A stretch of 64,000 nt of DNA from Candidatus Gottesmanbacteria bacterium (lineage in GTDB: Bacteria > Patescibacteriota > Microgenomatia > UBA10105 > UBA927): positions 135,802 through 199,801 of the forward strand of contig CAIJMI010000005.1 of the NCBI GenBank assembly GCA_903821745.1, in the 5' to 3' direction. Of this stretch, positions 7,944 to 18,769 are shown in pieces; position 1 is the first letter of the stretch, and each line of letters starts with the position of its first letter. The notes below the pieces were generated by a model. The model was not told the DNA's origin, made no database searches, and was given only the letters and a program-made list of their open reading frames with translations. The translations under genes and the position numbers were made by a program.

Positions 7944-10564
7944 TCCCCTGGGGTTGGCGCAACTGTGGGAACGGGAGTAGGTTCCGCCCATGCAGTATTC
8001 ACACCAATATGAATATTCGATTCCGTTGTACCACCTTTTGAGTCTGTTGCTTTTGCCCGTATCTCACGGTTTGCTCCATTGGTAACAGGAACAGTGTCGG
8101 AAAAACTATCACCGCTGGACTCTTTTTTCTTATCTCCGTCAACATAAATTTCAATTTTTGAAATGCCGTTCGGTGACGTTGCTTTCACCGTAACCTTCAC
8201 ATCATTGGTGTTCACTTGGGAATGGTTTCCCGGTTCTTTAATGGATAATGCAAACGTATCACCGCCGCTATACGTTTCTGTTGGCGGATGAAACTTCGCA
8301 TCACTTTGTGTTGCAATCCATGCGTTAATCCCGTCCTGCCAGCGATTTTTTCCGTCGCCTGAAACGGGATCTATCTCTTTAAAAATAACAAACTGTTTTG
8401 TTTGGTATTCGCCGCGGACAATTTCAACAGCGCTTGCCAGTTTATTGGAATCGTGGTTTGAAATTTTCACGTTTTGATAAATAACAGATGGCGTTGTCGG
8501 TTCGGTGCCTTTCACGAAATATTCTTTTCGTGTCGTTCCGCCTGATACCGGTGTACCACCACCATACGCATCAATATCCATTTGCATCACATTATCCGGT
8601 TTCATAAACGGTTCATCCGCTGTTTTTGCAAGTGCTTCCCGCATAATACGGTTCCAAATTGGAGCAGCACCGGTAATACCAGAGGCAAGTGCCTGGTTCA
8701 TCGGGGAGTTATCATTATTCCCAACCCACACGCCAACAGCAAAGGATGGCGTATAGCCAATCGTCCAGTTATCTCGTTTGTCATCCGTCGTTCCGGTTTT
8801 CACAGCAACGGACCGACCAGCAATATTTAAATACGAATTTGTCCCGAAGGTATCTTTTCTGGCATCATTGTCTGATAACATACTCGACATAATAAATGTG
8901 ACATCCTGACCCAAAACACGTTTTGGCTGCACCGAATGATATTGATACAATACTTTTCCTTTTGTATCTTCCACTTTCAAAATAGAAACAGGTTCCGCGC
9001 GTAATCCACCGGTCGCAAAGACACCATACGCACTTGTTATATCAATAAGTTTTACCTCGCCGCCTCCCAACGTTAGGGATAATCCAATACGTTTGATGTT
9101 ATCGCTATTTGGTTCAAGAGAGGTGATACCCATATCAAACGCTGTTTGCAACACATCTTTCACCCCAACCAGTGCTGATACTTTTACGGCAATAGTGTTT
9201 ATGGAATTGCCGAGTGCAAACCGAAGCTGCATGGGACCTCGAAATTTTCCGTCATAGTTTTTTGGATTATATTCCGGCTTCGTAATGTCACCCGACGGGT
9301 ACTTCGTATCCACATCCAGAAGCAGCGTAGAAGCTGTGTACCCCTTTTTAAGGGCTGTCACATAGGAGATAGGCTTAATAGATGATCCCGGCTGACGCAA
9401 GCCCTGCGTGACCACGTTAAACTTGAGTCCTGACGCATCGGTAGCTTCATAATCTTTTGATCCAACCATGGCTAAAATTTCACCGGTTTTGGGGTTAATC
9501 ACAATTGCCGCACCGTTTGAAACTTTCAAATTCTTCACTTTGTCGACTTCTTCTTTGACAATTTTCTGTGCAGCTTTCTGTAGTTTTAAATCCAAGGTGG
9601 TCGTCACCCGAAGTCCTCCGGCATCAACCATTTTCTGTCCGAATTTTGTCACGAGCTGATCTTTAATATAGGCAACAAAATGCGGGGCATTGAGTCCGGC
9701 ACTGCCCGATGCAAACTTGACCGTTTCAATTTCTTTTTTTAAATCAGTTTCTTGCTGCGCCGTAATATAGTTGTCTTCCTTCATGCGGGCCAAAACATGT
9801 TGTGTCCGTGGGATATACGCTTTTGGGTTATCACCAAACGGCGAATATGCAGACGGGGATTGCGGAAGTCCTGCCAGAATGACGCATTCAGGAACTGTCA
9901 TGTCCTTTGCATGTTTATCAAAATAATAAGAAGCAGCTGCTTCAACACCTGCCGCTGTTCCGCCATAGGGAATTTCATTTAAGTACATTTGCAAAATTTC
10001 ATCTTTGCTATATTTCCGTTCAATCTGAATTGCAAGAATTGCTTCTTTCATCTTCCGAGGAAGCGTCTGTTCCTGAGAAAGAAGCGCATTTTTAACCAGT
10101 TGTTGTGTAATCGTAGATCCACCTTGAAGGTTATGAAACACAAAAATACTAAACATTGCCCGAAGTAAACCGGACGTCGAAAGACCTTTATGTTTGTAAA
10201 AATCTTTGTCTTCAACAGCAATCGTTGCATCTTTTAACGATTTTGGAATATCGGCAAATGTAACAGGAATTCTGTTTTCATTTTGAAAGATGTCATACAC
10301 AGTGTCACCATTTCGGTCAAGAACCACAGTTGATAGACCCTCAGTTCTGGACACTTTATCAGGTCGGGGAAGATCTTTTGCATACCAGGCAAATAAAATA
10401 CCAACACCAAGGACACAAGCTATAACAAAGATAAAAGCAGCCGTGGCAAGCGTACTAAACGTTTTCAAACGACCACGCTCCGTCCCGAAGCGTTTTTTTA
10501 ATTGCCGTTCCCAAAAAATCTGCTGCATAGAGACTATTGTACGAAGAACTGACACGTTTGACAA
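7940..10564 (-). CDS. Class A penicillin-binding protein with C-terminal Ig-like domain (start may be 10528)
   Basis: EDKDFYKH, GGSTITQQL, RKMKE transglycosylase motifs; GSSIK, SIN, KTGT transpeptidase motifs. Confidence 0.95.
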   Translation of the reverse strand: MSNVSVLRTIVSMQQIFWERQLKKRFGTERGRLKTFSTLATAAFIFVIACVLGVGILFAWYAKDLPRPDKVSRTEGLSTVVLDRNGDTVYDIFQNENRIPVTFADIPKSLKDATIAVEDKDFYKHKGLSTSGLLRAMFSIFVFHNLQGGSTITQQLVKNALLSQEQTLPRKMKEAILAIQIERKYSKDEILQMYLNEIPYGGTAAGVEAAASYYFDKHAKDMTVPECVILAGLPQSPSAYSPFGDNPKAYIPRTQHVLARMKEDNYITAQQETDLKKEIETVKFASGSAGLNAPHFVAYIKDQLVTKFGQKMVDAGGLRVTTTLDLKLQKAAQKIVKEEVDKVKNLKVSNGAAIVINPKTGEILAMVGSKDYEATDASGLKFNVVTQGLRQPGSSIKPISYVTALKKGYTASTLLLDVDTKYPSGDITKPEYNPKNYDGKFRGPMQLRFALGNSINTIAVKVSALVGVKDVLQTAFDMGITSLEPNSDNIKRIGLSLTLGGGEVKLIDITSAYGVFATGGLRAEPVSILKVEDTKGKVLYQYHSVQPKRVLGQDVTFIMSSMLSDNDARKDTFGTNSYLNIAGRSVAVKTGTTDDKRDNWTIGYTPSFAVGVWVGNNDNSPMNQALASGITGAAPIWNRIMREALAKTADEPFMKPDNVMQMDIDAYGGGTPVSGGTTRKEYFVKGTEPTTPSVIYQNVKISNHDSNKLASAVEIVRGEYQTKQFVIFKEIDPVSGDGKNRWQDGINAWIATQSDAKFHPPTETYSGGDTFALSIKEPGNHSQVNTNDVKVTVKATSPNGISKIEIYVDGDKKKESSGDSFSDTVPVTNGANREIRAKATDSKGGTTESNIHIGVNTAWAEPTPVPTVAPTPGD

Positions 10565-10605
10565 ATATCCTTCACAGAAAGCATATTTAATGATAAAGTA
10601 TCACT

Positions 10606-11793
10606 ATGGATGCAATTGAAGGAATTATTACTCGCGGCGTTGAGAATATCATTCCGAACAAAGAAACCCTCAAAAAAATTCTTGCTTCGGGACGAAAACT
10701 CAATGTCTATTTAGGCATTGATCCCACGGCAACCAACATTCATGTCGGGCATGCTGTGCCGCTTCGAAAATTGCAGGCGCTCACAGATCTTGGTCATCAC
10801 GTCACATTTTTGATCGGCGATTTTACTGCCCTTATTGGAGATACGTCAGACAAAGACGGGGAACGGCCGGTGTTAACGAGCGAACAAATTGAACAAAATT
10901 TTCAAACCTACAAAAAACAGGCAAGTAAAATTTTGGATTTTTCAAAAGTTACCGTTGTCCATAATAGTGAATGGCTCAAAAAACTCACGTTTACCGACAT
11001 CGTCAAACTCACACAGCATTTCTCAGCTGGAGAATTCGTGGGCAGGGAACTGATTAAAAAACGATTACAAGAAGGCAAAAAAGTGGGATTGCATGAACTC
11101 CTGTATCCGGTTATGCAAGGGTATGACAGCTACGTGATGGATACTGATATTCAACTGGGCGGTACGGATCAAACATTTAATATGCAGGCTGGTCGCACAC
11201 TCCAAAAAGATTTACGGCAAAAAGAATCCTGTATTATTGCCAACGGATTTCTCGAGGGAACGGATGGACGCAAAATGAGCAAATCCTGGAATAATGCAAT
11301 TTGGCTGACCGATGAACCATCCGATATGTTTGGGAAAGTCATGTCGCTCAAAGATGAACTCATTGCACAGTATTTCTTGCTTGCAACAAATACGCCAATG
11401 GAAAAGATTGAAGAAATCAAAAAACGACTGAAGTCAGGTGAAAATCCAATGGTTATCAAAAAGGAACTGGCGTTCATCATGGTTTCAGAGTTGCATTCCA
11501 AAAAAGATGCAGAGGCAGCACGAAACTCTTTTGAATCAAAATTTCAAAAGAAAGCACCGATTGCCTCCGATATTCCGGAATTTAAAACCAAAGAGACGAA
11601 ATGGAAACTTGCAGATCTTTTGATGGCAACAGCAATGGTCGCCAGTAAATCCGAAGCCAGACGACTTATCGAACAGGATGCCATTGAAATAAACGGAATC
11701 GGAATCAAATTCCAAACTGCTGACGTGACGGTCAAATCCCATGATATAATCAAAGTCGGTAAAAAAAAGTTTGTGAAAATACATATTATATGA
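10606..11793 (+). CDS. tyrS: Tyrosine--tRNA ligase
   Basis: GIDPT, HVGH, QGYD, GGTDQ, KMSKS, C-terminal S4 domain. Confidence 0.97.
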   Translation: MDAIEGIITRGVENIIPNKETLKKILASGRKLNVYLGIDPTATNIHVGHAVPLRKLQALTDLGHHVTFLIGDFTALIGDTSDKDGERPVLTSEQIEQNFQTYKKQASKILDFSKVTVVHNSEWLKKLTFTDIVKLTQHFSAGEFVGRELIKKRLQEGKKVGLHELLYPVMQGYDSYVMDTDIQLGGTDQTFNMQAGRTLQKDLRQKESCIIANGFLEGTDGRKMSKSWNNAIWLTDEPSDMFGKVMSLKDELIAQYFLLATNTPMEKIEEIKKRLKSGENPMVIKKELAFIMVSELHSKKDAEAARNSFESKFQKKAPIASDIPEFKTKETKWKLADLLMATAMVASKSEARRLIEQDAIEINGIGIKFQTADVTVKSHDIIKVGKKKFVKIHII

Positions 11794-11894
11794 ACTTTTT
11801 CAGAAAACATCAGACAGTGTGGAAAGTGATTGTTGTTATTGCATCTTTAGCACTGATTGCAACATCATTTATTCCGCTTCTGTCCATAAAATAA
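11790..11894 (+). CDS. 34-aa single-pass membrane protein (not in ORF track)
   Basis: ATGA overlap with tyrS stop; MNFFRKHQTVWKVIVVIASLALIATSFIPLLSIK fills the tyrS-recG gap. Confidence 0.65.
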   Translation: MNFFRKHQTVWKVIVVIASLALIATSFIPLLSIK

Positions 11895-11903
11895 CAATAA
11901 CTC

Positions 11904-13952
11904 ATGACCCTTGCTGCAACCTCTCCCGTACAATATGTACCAAGGATCGGTCCGTCGTTTGCTAAAAAATTAGAGCATCTCGGTATTTTGACCGTTCGCG
12001 ACCTCTTATATCACACCCCCTTTCGGTATAACGACTTTTCACATACAACAAGCATTGCAAGACTGCATCCTGGCATGATGGTAAGTGTTAACGGAGAAGT
12101 CAAACAAATAAAAAATATTTTTACAAAAACGGGCAGGAAGATTCAGGAAGCCGTGGTTACGGATGACACGGGAAGTATTACCGTCATTTGGTTTAATCAG
12201 TTATTCCTTCCTAAAATAATCCATGCAGGAGATCAAATTGCACTGTCTGGATCTGTTGGGTTTTTTGGAAACAAACTCGCAATAGAATCTCCGGAATATG
12301 AACTCATTGTAGCCGACAAAATCCATCTTCACACCGGCCGTGTTGTGCCCATCTATTCGGAAACTGCGGGCATTTCGTCCAAATGGTTACGGTCACGCAT
12401 TTATTTTTTACTAACGGAATACCCAAATCTCATACACGAATATCTTCCAGACAATATTCGAAACATCTACAAACTGCCAAAACTCGAGGATGCGATACAA
12501 ACAGTCCATTTCCCAAAAACCGTGCAAGAAGGAGAAGCATCGGAAAAACGCCTTACGTTTGATGAACTTGTACTCATGCAATGTACATCATTTGAACAAA
12601 AGCGCATCTGGGAAGAAACAAAACGGGCGTCCGCATTTACGATACCCGAGTCAATACAAAATACATTTATCCAGGCACTTCCCTTTGCACTCACAAATGA
12701 TCAACACCGAGCCATACAGGATGTGACAAATGACCTAAAAAAAACTATACCAATGAATAGACTTCTGGAGGGCGATGTGGGAAGCGGAAAAACGGTTGTT
12801 GCGGGAGCCGCCATGTTTACTACTGCAAAAAACGGTTACCAATCTATTCTCATGGCTCCAACGCAAATTCTTGCAGAACAACATTATCAAACCATTTCCT
12901 CGCTCCTTACGCCGCTGGGACTAACGGTGGAGTTAATTCTTGGAGGGACAAAACAGGATCTTACCAAACAAAACAAAACCGATATTATGATCGGTACGCA
13001 CGCATTACTGCAAAATACCGTTCTTTTTTCTCATGTAGGACTTATCGTCATCGACGAACAACAACGCTTTGGTGTCTATCAACGTGCACTTTTGCGTTCA
13101 AAAGCGCCATCTGACCTCACACCGCATCTTCTCACCATGACGGCAACCCCAATTCCACGAACGCTTGCGTTGACCATGTATGGTAATCTCTCGCTTTCCA
13201 TACTCAAAGAAATGCCAATCGGAAGGTTACCGATAAAAACGTGGGTGGTTCCAAAAGAAAAGCGTGACGCTGCGTACGAATGGATCCGAAAAGAAATAAC
13301 GGCTCAAAATGCACAAGCGTTTATCGTCTGTCCATTTATTGAAGAATCGGAGTCCATGACCAGCGTAAAAGCTGCAACAAAAGAATTTGAACATCTAAAA
13401 AAACAGGTGTATCAAGATCTCACGCTCGAGCTTCTTCATGGCAGAATGAAACAGGCAGAGAAAACAAAACTACTGAACGATTTTCGCTCCGGAAAAACGA
13501 ATATTCTCGTTTCAACGCCCGTTGTAGAAGTTGGTATTGATATTCCAAATGCAACAGTGATGATGATTGAAGGGGCAGAACGGTTTGGGTTGTCACAACT
13601 TCATCAACTCCGTGGCCGTGTCGGTAGAGGGGATAAACAATCGTATTGTTTATTATTTACTGAATCCATGGAATCAACAACCATTGATCGGCTTAAAATT
13701 CTTGAAACAGTCCATAACGGTCCGGAGCTTGCGGAACACGATATGAGAATCCGCGGGCAGGGAGATTTGTTCGGAAACAGGCAACATGGCATTCCGGAAA
13801 TGGTGTTTTCTGCACTCGGAGATGACCGGATAATACAAAATTCCAAGGAGGTTGCTCAAAAACTCATAACCAGCGATCCGACGTTTATTTCATTTCCCCA
13901 CTTGAGAGAACGTCTAAATGAGAGTAAAATACAAGATATTGCACAGGATTAA
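11904..13952 (+). CDS. recG: ATP-dependent DNA helicase RecG
   Basis: OB wedge, GDVGSGKT, DEQQRFG, MTATPIPR, QLRGRVGRG. Confidence 0.97.
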   Translation: MTLAATSPVQYVPRIGPSFAKKLEHLGILTVRDLLYHTPFRYNDFSHTTSIARLHPGMMVSVNGEVKQIKNIFTKTGRKIQEAVVTDDTGSITVIWFNQLFLPKIIHAGDQIALSGSVGFFGNKLAIESPEYELIVADKIHLHTGRVVPIYSETAGISSKWLRSRIYFLLTEYPNLIHEYLPDNIRNIYKLPKLEDAIQTVHFPKTVQEGEASEKRLTFDELVLMQCTSFEQKRIWEETKRASAFTIPESIQNTFIQALPFALTNDQHRAIQDVTNDLKKTIPMNRLLEGDVGSGKTVVAGAAMFTTAKNGYQSILMAPTQILAEQHYQTISSLLTPLGLTVELILGGTKQDLTKQNKTDIMIGTHALLQNTVLFSHVGLIVIDEQQRFGVYQRALLRSKAPSDLTPHLLTMTATPIPRTLALTMYGNLSLSILKEMPIGRLPIKTWVVPKEKRDAAYEWIRKEITAQNAQAFIVCPFIEESESMTSVKAATKEFEHLKKQVYQDLTLELLHGRMKQAEKTKLLNDFRSGKTNILVSTPVVEVGIDIPNATVMMIEGAERFGLSQLHQLRGRVGRGDKQSYCLLFTESMESTTIDRLKILETVHNGPELAEHDMRIRGQGDLFGNRQHGIPEMVFSALGDDRIIQNSKEVAQKLITSDPTFISFPHLRERLNESKIQDIAQD

Positions 13953-13979
13953 GACGTGTGCACTATTTTTTAATCGTAT

Positions 13980-14180
13980 ATGACACCACTACCAAAACGA
14001 AGACATTCAACCAGACGCGGTGGAAAACGCCATGCAGCAATTAAGCTGAGTTCCGTTGCACTTTCCATTTGTGCAAACTGCCATAAATCACGACGGCCAC
14101 ATACCATTTGCCCAAACTGTGGATTCTACGACGGCAAGGAAATACAGAAAAAAAAGATCAAAAAAGCAAAGAAAAAATAA
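13980..14180 (+). CDS. rpmF: 50S ribosomal protein L32
   Basis: PKRRHS, CANC...PHTICPNCGFY. Confidence 0.95.
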   Translation: MTPLPKRRHSTRRGGKRHAAIKLSSVALSICANCHKSRRPHTICPNCGFYDGKEIQKKKIKKAKKK

Positions 14181-14187
14181 CGTCCTC

Positions 14188-14538
14188 ATGAAGACAGCGC
14201 AGGACCCCAGGCATCAACATCGCATTAACACCATGCAAAACTTGTTTGCATACAGTTTTGGGGGTAACGTCGACGCCAAAGAAATCCAAAGCGTACTCCC
14301 GCATCTTTCCGTCCTTGATCAAATGATTGCAAAAGCCGCTCCGGAATGGCCAATTGCAAAAATTGCAAAAATTGATCTTGCTATTCTTCGACTTGCTGTG
14401 TTTGAAATGACGGAGGAAAAAGAAACCCCAATGAAAGTAGTCATTGATGAAGCAATCGAAATTGCAAAAGCATACGGCAATCCAAATAGTGCGAAGTTTA
14501 TAAATGGCGTCTTAGGTACGATTGTCCAAACTCTATGA
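14188..14538 (+). CDS. nusB: Transcription antitermination factor NusB
   Basis: IDLAILRLA, VVIDEAIEIAK, KFINGVLG. Confidence 0.95.
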   Translation: MKTAQDPRHQHRINTMQNLFAYSFGGNVDAKEIQSVLPHLSVLDQMIAKAAPEWPIAKIAKIDLAILRLAVFEMTEEKETPMKVVIDEAIEIAKAYGNPNSAKFINGVLGTIVQTL

Positions 14539-15221
14539 CATTTGAAGCATTACAAAAAAAAATCAACGTCACATTTTCCAATCAGGAATTATTGAAAAAT
14601 GCCTTTTTTCACAGATCCTACCTGAATGAAGCCAAGCATATTCAACATTCCAACGAACGCCTGGAGTTTTTAGGTGATTCTATTCTTTCGTTCATCACTA
14701 GCAAATTTCTATATGAAACCTATCCGGATTATCCGGAAGGAACACTCACAAACATCCGGTCAAGCCTGGTCAAAACGAAAACGCTGGGGGAAACCGCCCA
14801 AGAATTGGGATTTGGTGAATTACTGTTTTTAAGCCATGGAGAAGAAGAATCAGGAGGGAGACACAACGTTTCTCTGCTTGCCGATTCATTTGAAGCATTC
14901 TTAGGAGCGCTGTGTCTTGACCAAGGAATTAACATAGCCAAGACATTCCTCGAAACGTACCTTTTTCCCAAAACTGCGTCCATTGTTGAAGCTAAATCGT
15001 ACATAGATTACAAAAGTTTACTCCAGGAAATTATTCAGGGAGAAACCAAGATTTCCCCCACATACACCGTTTCAAATACCGAAGGACCAGACCATAATCG
15101 CGTGTTTTACATTGACGCATTTATCGGAACAAAAAAACTCGGAACAGGAAAAGGGAAGTCCAAACAAGAGGGAGAACAGGCTGCTGCGCAAAATGCGCTT
15201 GAGAAGATAGGCAAAATATGA
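14535..15221 (+). CDS. rnc: Ribonuclease III
   Basis: NERLEFLGDS signature, ADSFEA, dsRBD. Confidence 0.97.
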   Translation: MTFEALQKKINVTFSNQELLKNAFFHRSYLNEAKHIQHSNERLEFLGDSILSFITSKFLYETYPDYPEGTLTNIRSSLVKTKTLGETAQELGFGELLFLSHGEEESGGRHNVSLLADSFEAFLGALCLDQGINIAKTFLETYLFPKTASIVEAKSYIDYKSLLQEIIQGETKISPTYTVSNTEGPDHNRVFYIDAFIGTKKLGTGKGKSKQEGEQAAAQNALEKIGKI

Positions 15222-15236
15222 TATTCTTAGCATCTT

Positions 15237-15470
15237 ATGGTGAAAATTAAACTAACACAAACAGGATCACGCAACAGAAAAACATACCGCATTGTCGTCA
15301 TGGAAGAAGGCAAACGACGGGATGGCCGGCATATTGAGATTTTGGGTGTATATAACCCACTCGTAAAACCAGCACAAGTTACTATCAAAGAAGACCGATT
15401 AAAATACTGGCTTTCCGTAGGTGCTCAAGAGACAGACGGTGTTAAAAATATCCTTGCGAAAAAATCATGA
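15237..15470 (+). CDS. rpsP: 30S ribosomal protein S16
   Basis: YRIVV, RRDG, GVYNP, WLSVGAQ. Confidence 0.96.
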   Translation: MVKIKLTQTGSRNRKTYRIVVMEEGKRRDGRHIEILGVYNPLVKPAQVTIKEDRLKYWLSVGAQETDGVKNILAKKS

Positions 15471-15742
15471 AAGATACACTCATTTTTCTTGTGTCCAACA
15501 TCGTTGATCATCCTGAAGATATTGTTGTTGAAGTAAAAAAAGAAGAGACCCGAGATGTTTTGATTCTCCATGTTCATCCCGACGATATGGGAAAAGTGAT
15601 CGGAAAACAAGGACGAATTATCCGTGCGCTTCGGGATTTACTCAAATTGATGGCAGCAAAACAAAATGCATACGTCGATATTGAACTTTTTGAAGAACCA
15701 ATCGAAGGAACTCCTGTTCCTGAACCCGTTGATACGGTGTAA
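15467..15742 (+). CDS. khpA: KH-domain RNA-binding protein KhpA
   Basis: DMGKVIGKQGRII; follows rpsP. Confidence 0.88.
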   Translation: MKDTLIFLVSNIVDHPEDIVVEVKKEETRDVLILHVHPDDMGKVIGKQGRIIRALRDLLKLMAAKQNAYVDIELFEEPIEGTPVPEPVDTV

Positions 15743-15747
15743 TTTCC

Positions 15748-16431
15748 ATGAATATCACGATTCTAACCCTTTTCCCGGACATGTTCCGAGGTCCATTTGA
15801 TACATCCATTATTAAACGAGCAATTGTAAAAGGTGCTGTGACCATTACGTACGTTGATATTCGGGATTTTGCAACAGACAAACATAAAAGCGTCGATGAA
15901 CATCCCTATGGTGGAGGAGCGGGTATGATTTTGCGCGTCGATATCGTCGCCCGCGCAATTGATTATGCAAAAAACCTCCATCCAAAAGAAAAAACGTACA
16001 GTATTCTTATGGATCCGCAAGGAAAACAATTTGTTCAGCCAATGGCAAAACACCTTGCCGCAACGGTCGAGCATCTCATTTTACTTTGTGGTCATTATGA
16101 AGGAGTTGATGAACGTATCAGAACACTTGTTGATGAGGAACTCTCAATCGGTGATTATGTATTAACCTGCGGAGAACTTCCGGCAATGGTCGTTGTAGAT
16201 GCCGTTGTTAGACTACTTCCAGGAGTGTTAAAAAAAGAAGGAGTAACGGCAAACGAATCCTTTGAAGAACATCTTCTCGAATATCCACAATATACGAAAC
16301 CTGACATGTTTAACGGTAATGCAGTTCCCGAAGTGCTTCGTTCTGGAGACCACAAAAGAATTAAAACGTGGCAAACACAGCAAGCGATTATCAAAACAAA
16401 AATGCGGCGACCAGACTTAATAAAAACTTAA
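15748..16431 (+). CDS. trmD: tRNA (guanine37-N1)-methyltransferase
   Basis: PYGGGAGM, CGHYEGVDER, SIGDYVL, LEYPQYT. Confidence 0.97.
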   Translation: MNITILTLFPDMFRGPFDTSIIKRAIVKGAVTITYVDIRDFATDKHKSVDEHPYGGGAGMILRVDIVARAIDYAKNLHPKEKTYSILMDPQGKQFVQPMAKHLAATVEHLILLCGHYEGVDERIRTLVDEELSIGDYVLTCGELPAMVVVDAVVRLLPGVLKKEGVTANESFEEHLLEYPQYTKPDMFNGNAVPEVLRSGDHKRIKTWQTQQAIIKTKMRRPDLIKT

Positions 16432-17177
16432 GGAGAGAATGGATCAATAGTAACTGGCTCAGTTTGAATGATTGCACTTCCAGAACTGACCGGTGTCTCA
16501 GGAGTTAAGAGCGGAAAAGACGCTACCTTATCAAGAATTTCTATCTCCTCAGCACTGAGTGTTGTTAATGAATCAGTGACTTTACTTAATAGTTTTGGAT
16601 CAGGAACATAATAGGCATCCATTGCAAGTGTCGACTTCGTCACCCCCGTTTTATTATCAAACGTTAAATCAAAACTCCGTACACGAAAAAATCTTCGAAT
16701 CTTCACTGCGCTGTCAACAACATTACGTACCCGATCAATTGATCCTTCGATAATAATAGAAAAAGGAACAATATTCACTCCAATTTTTTTTTCGTCCGCG
16801 CTCAACGATCTGGCTGATTCTGTTGCAACCGAGCCAACATGCCCGAGAGATACACCGGTAACAGTCACCCCTTCCCGTGCTGTTAATGCATCAACGGTCG
16901 AAAACAATGAGCCTAATGACTTATCAGCAGGAACTGCTGAAATAGCAGCCTTTGCATAAGAGGTAAGTACAGTTACATCAAGTTCATCCAAAATTCGTTT
17001 TTTTGTTTCAAGAGTTTTGACGGTACTTCGAAGTGTTTGCGTTTCCTTAAACAGTTTTATCGTCATTTTTATGCCAGGAGATACGCCGACAAAAAAAGCG
17101 ATCAGGCAAAAAACAAGAATTGTTCCAGATACAACAAAACTTTGATACATCCGTAAAAATCTTCGTATAGTTCTCAT
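16428..17177 (-). CDS. PilO-like pilus alignment protein
   Basis: TM plus coiled coil plus alpha/beta domain; third gene of the pilM run. Confidence 0.6.
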   Translation of the reverse strand: MRTIRRFLRMYQSFVVSGTILVFCLIAFFVGVSPGIKMTIKLFKETQTLRSTVKTLETKKRILDELDVTVLTSYAKAAISAVPADKSLGSLFSTVDALTAREGVTVTGVSLGHVGSVATESARSLSADEKKIGVNIVPFSIIIEGSIDRVRNVVDSAVKIRRFFRVRSFDLTFDNKTGVTKSTLAMDAYYVPDPKLLSKVTDSLTTLSAEEIEILDKVASFPLLTPETPVSSGSAIIQTEPVTIDPFSP

Positions 17178-17182
17178 ACTAT

Positions 17183-17725
17183 CTACAAAACGGTTATATA
17201 CATAAATCCCATGGTTACCGTCCCGTCTTTATTTAAAATAATCGAGGTAATCGTTGAATTTTTAATCTTGTTCTCATTCGTTAACCGTAACACGGTTTTA
17301 ACAATCGTAATTGCTTCTTCCAGTGTTTTTGTTTCAATTGCGATATGCACTGAATTTCCATCACCCAATGAAAAAGAGGTCAAACGGGGCGGCGCTGCGA
17401 TAAGAAGTGTTGTATCAATATACGGCGCAATGGATACTTGAAACAACATAATTTTTTTAAGCGATGTTACACGAGAACGAAGTGCAAGAAGCATGGCTTC
17501 TTTCGTCATATTTTCAGAAACGGAAGCAAACAATGTTTTTCTTTGAGTATCAAGAGATTGCTGTTGCAAACGAAGAACAAAAAAAACACTGAGTGTGGCA
17601 ACACCAACACCCATAAGGATAAAAAGAAGAATATATCGGGCTGTACGAAGATATCGCTCTGCCATCGATAAAACAGGAGAGTAGGAAACCTGACTTTGAA
17701 ATAAATTAATCGGATTTTTTTCCAT
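17183..17725 (-). CDS. PilN-like protein
   Basis: INLF N-terminal PilM-binding-type motif then TM and coiled coil; follows pilM. Confidence 0.65.
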   Translation of the reverse strand: MEKNPINLFQSQVSYSPVLSMAERYLRTARYILLFILMGVGVATLSVFFVLRLQQQSLDTQRKTLFASVSENMTKEAMLLALRSRVTSLKKIMLFQVSIAPYIDTTLLIAAPPRLTSFSLGDGNSVHIAIETKTLEEAITIVKTVLRLTNENKIKNSTITSIILNKDGTVTMGFMYITVL

Positions 17726-17730
17726 ACATA

Positions 17731-18753
17731 TCACGAACGCATCGCAAGTCCAACAGCAACTGCAAATAACGGTCCTTCGGTCGATAACACATTAAAGCGT
17801 GCATCTTTAACAACACCAACCCAAGGATTGGCAAGTTGCGTTTCAATAGTAACGCTTTCCGTCATATACGAAACGATTCCTGGTAATTTTGCACTGCCTC
17901 CAGATAAAACAATAGCCTCAAGACGTTCGTTTGCATATTTTTCTCCAAAAAATGCAATAGCACGTTTTACTTCATTCATAATCGTTGCCATAATCGGTTC
18001 CATAGCCGTAACTAACTTTCCTTCTAAAAGTCCTTTTTGTAATCCATATGTTTTTTTGTATTCTTCGGCCTGAACTACCGTAAAATCTAAGGATTGTGAT
18101 AGTGAACGTGACAACGCTTCACCACCTGCACTAATGGAACGCACAAAAGCGATAACGCCGTTATGAAGGATAGTCATATCCGTTGTTTGCGCTCCTATGG
18201 AAACCAGCATAACATTGTTCACCATAGCCATAGACTTACTAATAGCACGAGACCCCGCAATAATTTCAGTTTCAGCAAAAACTGGAACCAGATCTGCAAG
18301 TTCTAACATAGTCATGTACCGCTCAATTAATACTTTTGGCGCTGCAATAAGAAGAACTTCCATTTTTCCGGTTGTTGTAGCCTTTGCGTCCCGAAGAATT
18401 GTAAAATCCATATTTACCTGGTCCAACGGAAGTGGAATATATTGTTCCGCTTCCCACTGAATTGCAGAAGTCAGTTCACGATTAGAAAGTTGCGGCACTT
18501 CAATAACTCGGGTAAACACCTGAGATTCAGGAAGTGCAATATTTACTTTATCGGATTTTGCTCCCGTCTCTTTCACGAGTTGTTTAATCACAAATGCAAC
18601 AGCCTCTGCATCAGCACTGACCGTTGAAGACAGTGTTTTACTGGGAGTTGGCATACTGCCTGCTGCAAGAAGCGTTCGGACCTCTTTTTCATGTCCGATC
18701 TCAATCAGCTTAATACTATGAGTCCCGATATCAATTCCTAAAATACTTTCCAT
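17731..18753 (-). CDS. pilM: Type IV pilus assembly protein PilM
   Basis: GIDIGTHSIK, EAEQYIP, LSGGSAKLPG, AVAVGLAMR actin-like fold. Confidence 0.93.
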   Translation of the reverse strand: MESILGIDIGTHSIKLIEIGHEKEVRTLLAAGSMPTPSKTLSSTVSADAEAVAFVIKQLVKETGAKSDKVNIALPESQVFTRVIEVPQLSNRELTSAIQWEAEQYIPLPLDQVNMDFTILRDAKATTTGKMEVLLIAAPKVLIERYMTMLELADLVPVFAETEIIAGSRAISKSMAMVNNVMLVSIGAQTTDMTILHNGVIAFVRSISAGGEALSRSLSQSLDFTVVQAEEYKKTYGLQKGLLEGKLVTAMEPIMATIMNEVKRAIAFFGEKYANERLEAIVLSGGSAKLPGIVSYMTESVTIETQLANPWVGVVKDARFNVLSTEGPLFAVAVGLAMRS

Positions 18754-18769
18754 AGGCAGGGTATAAAAA

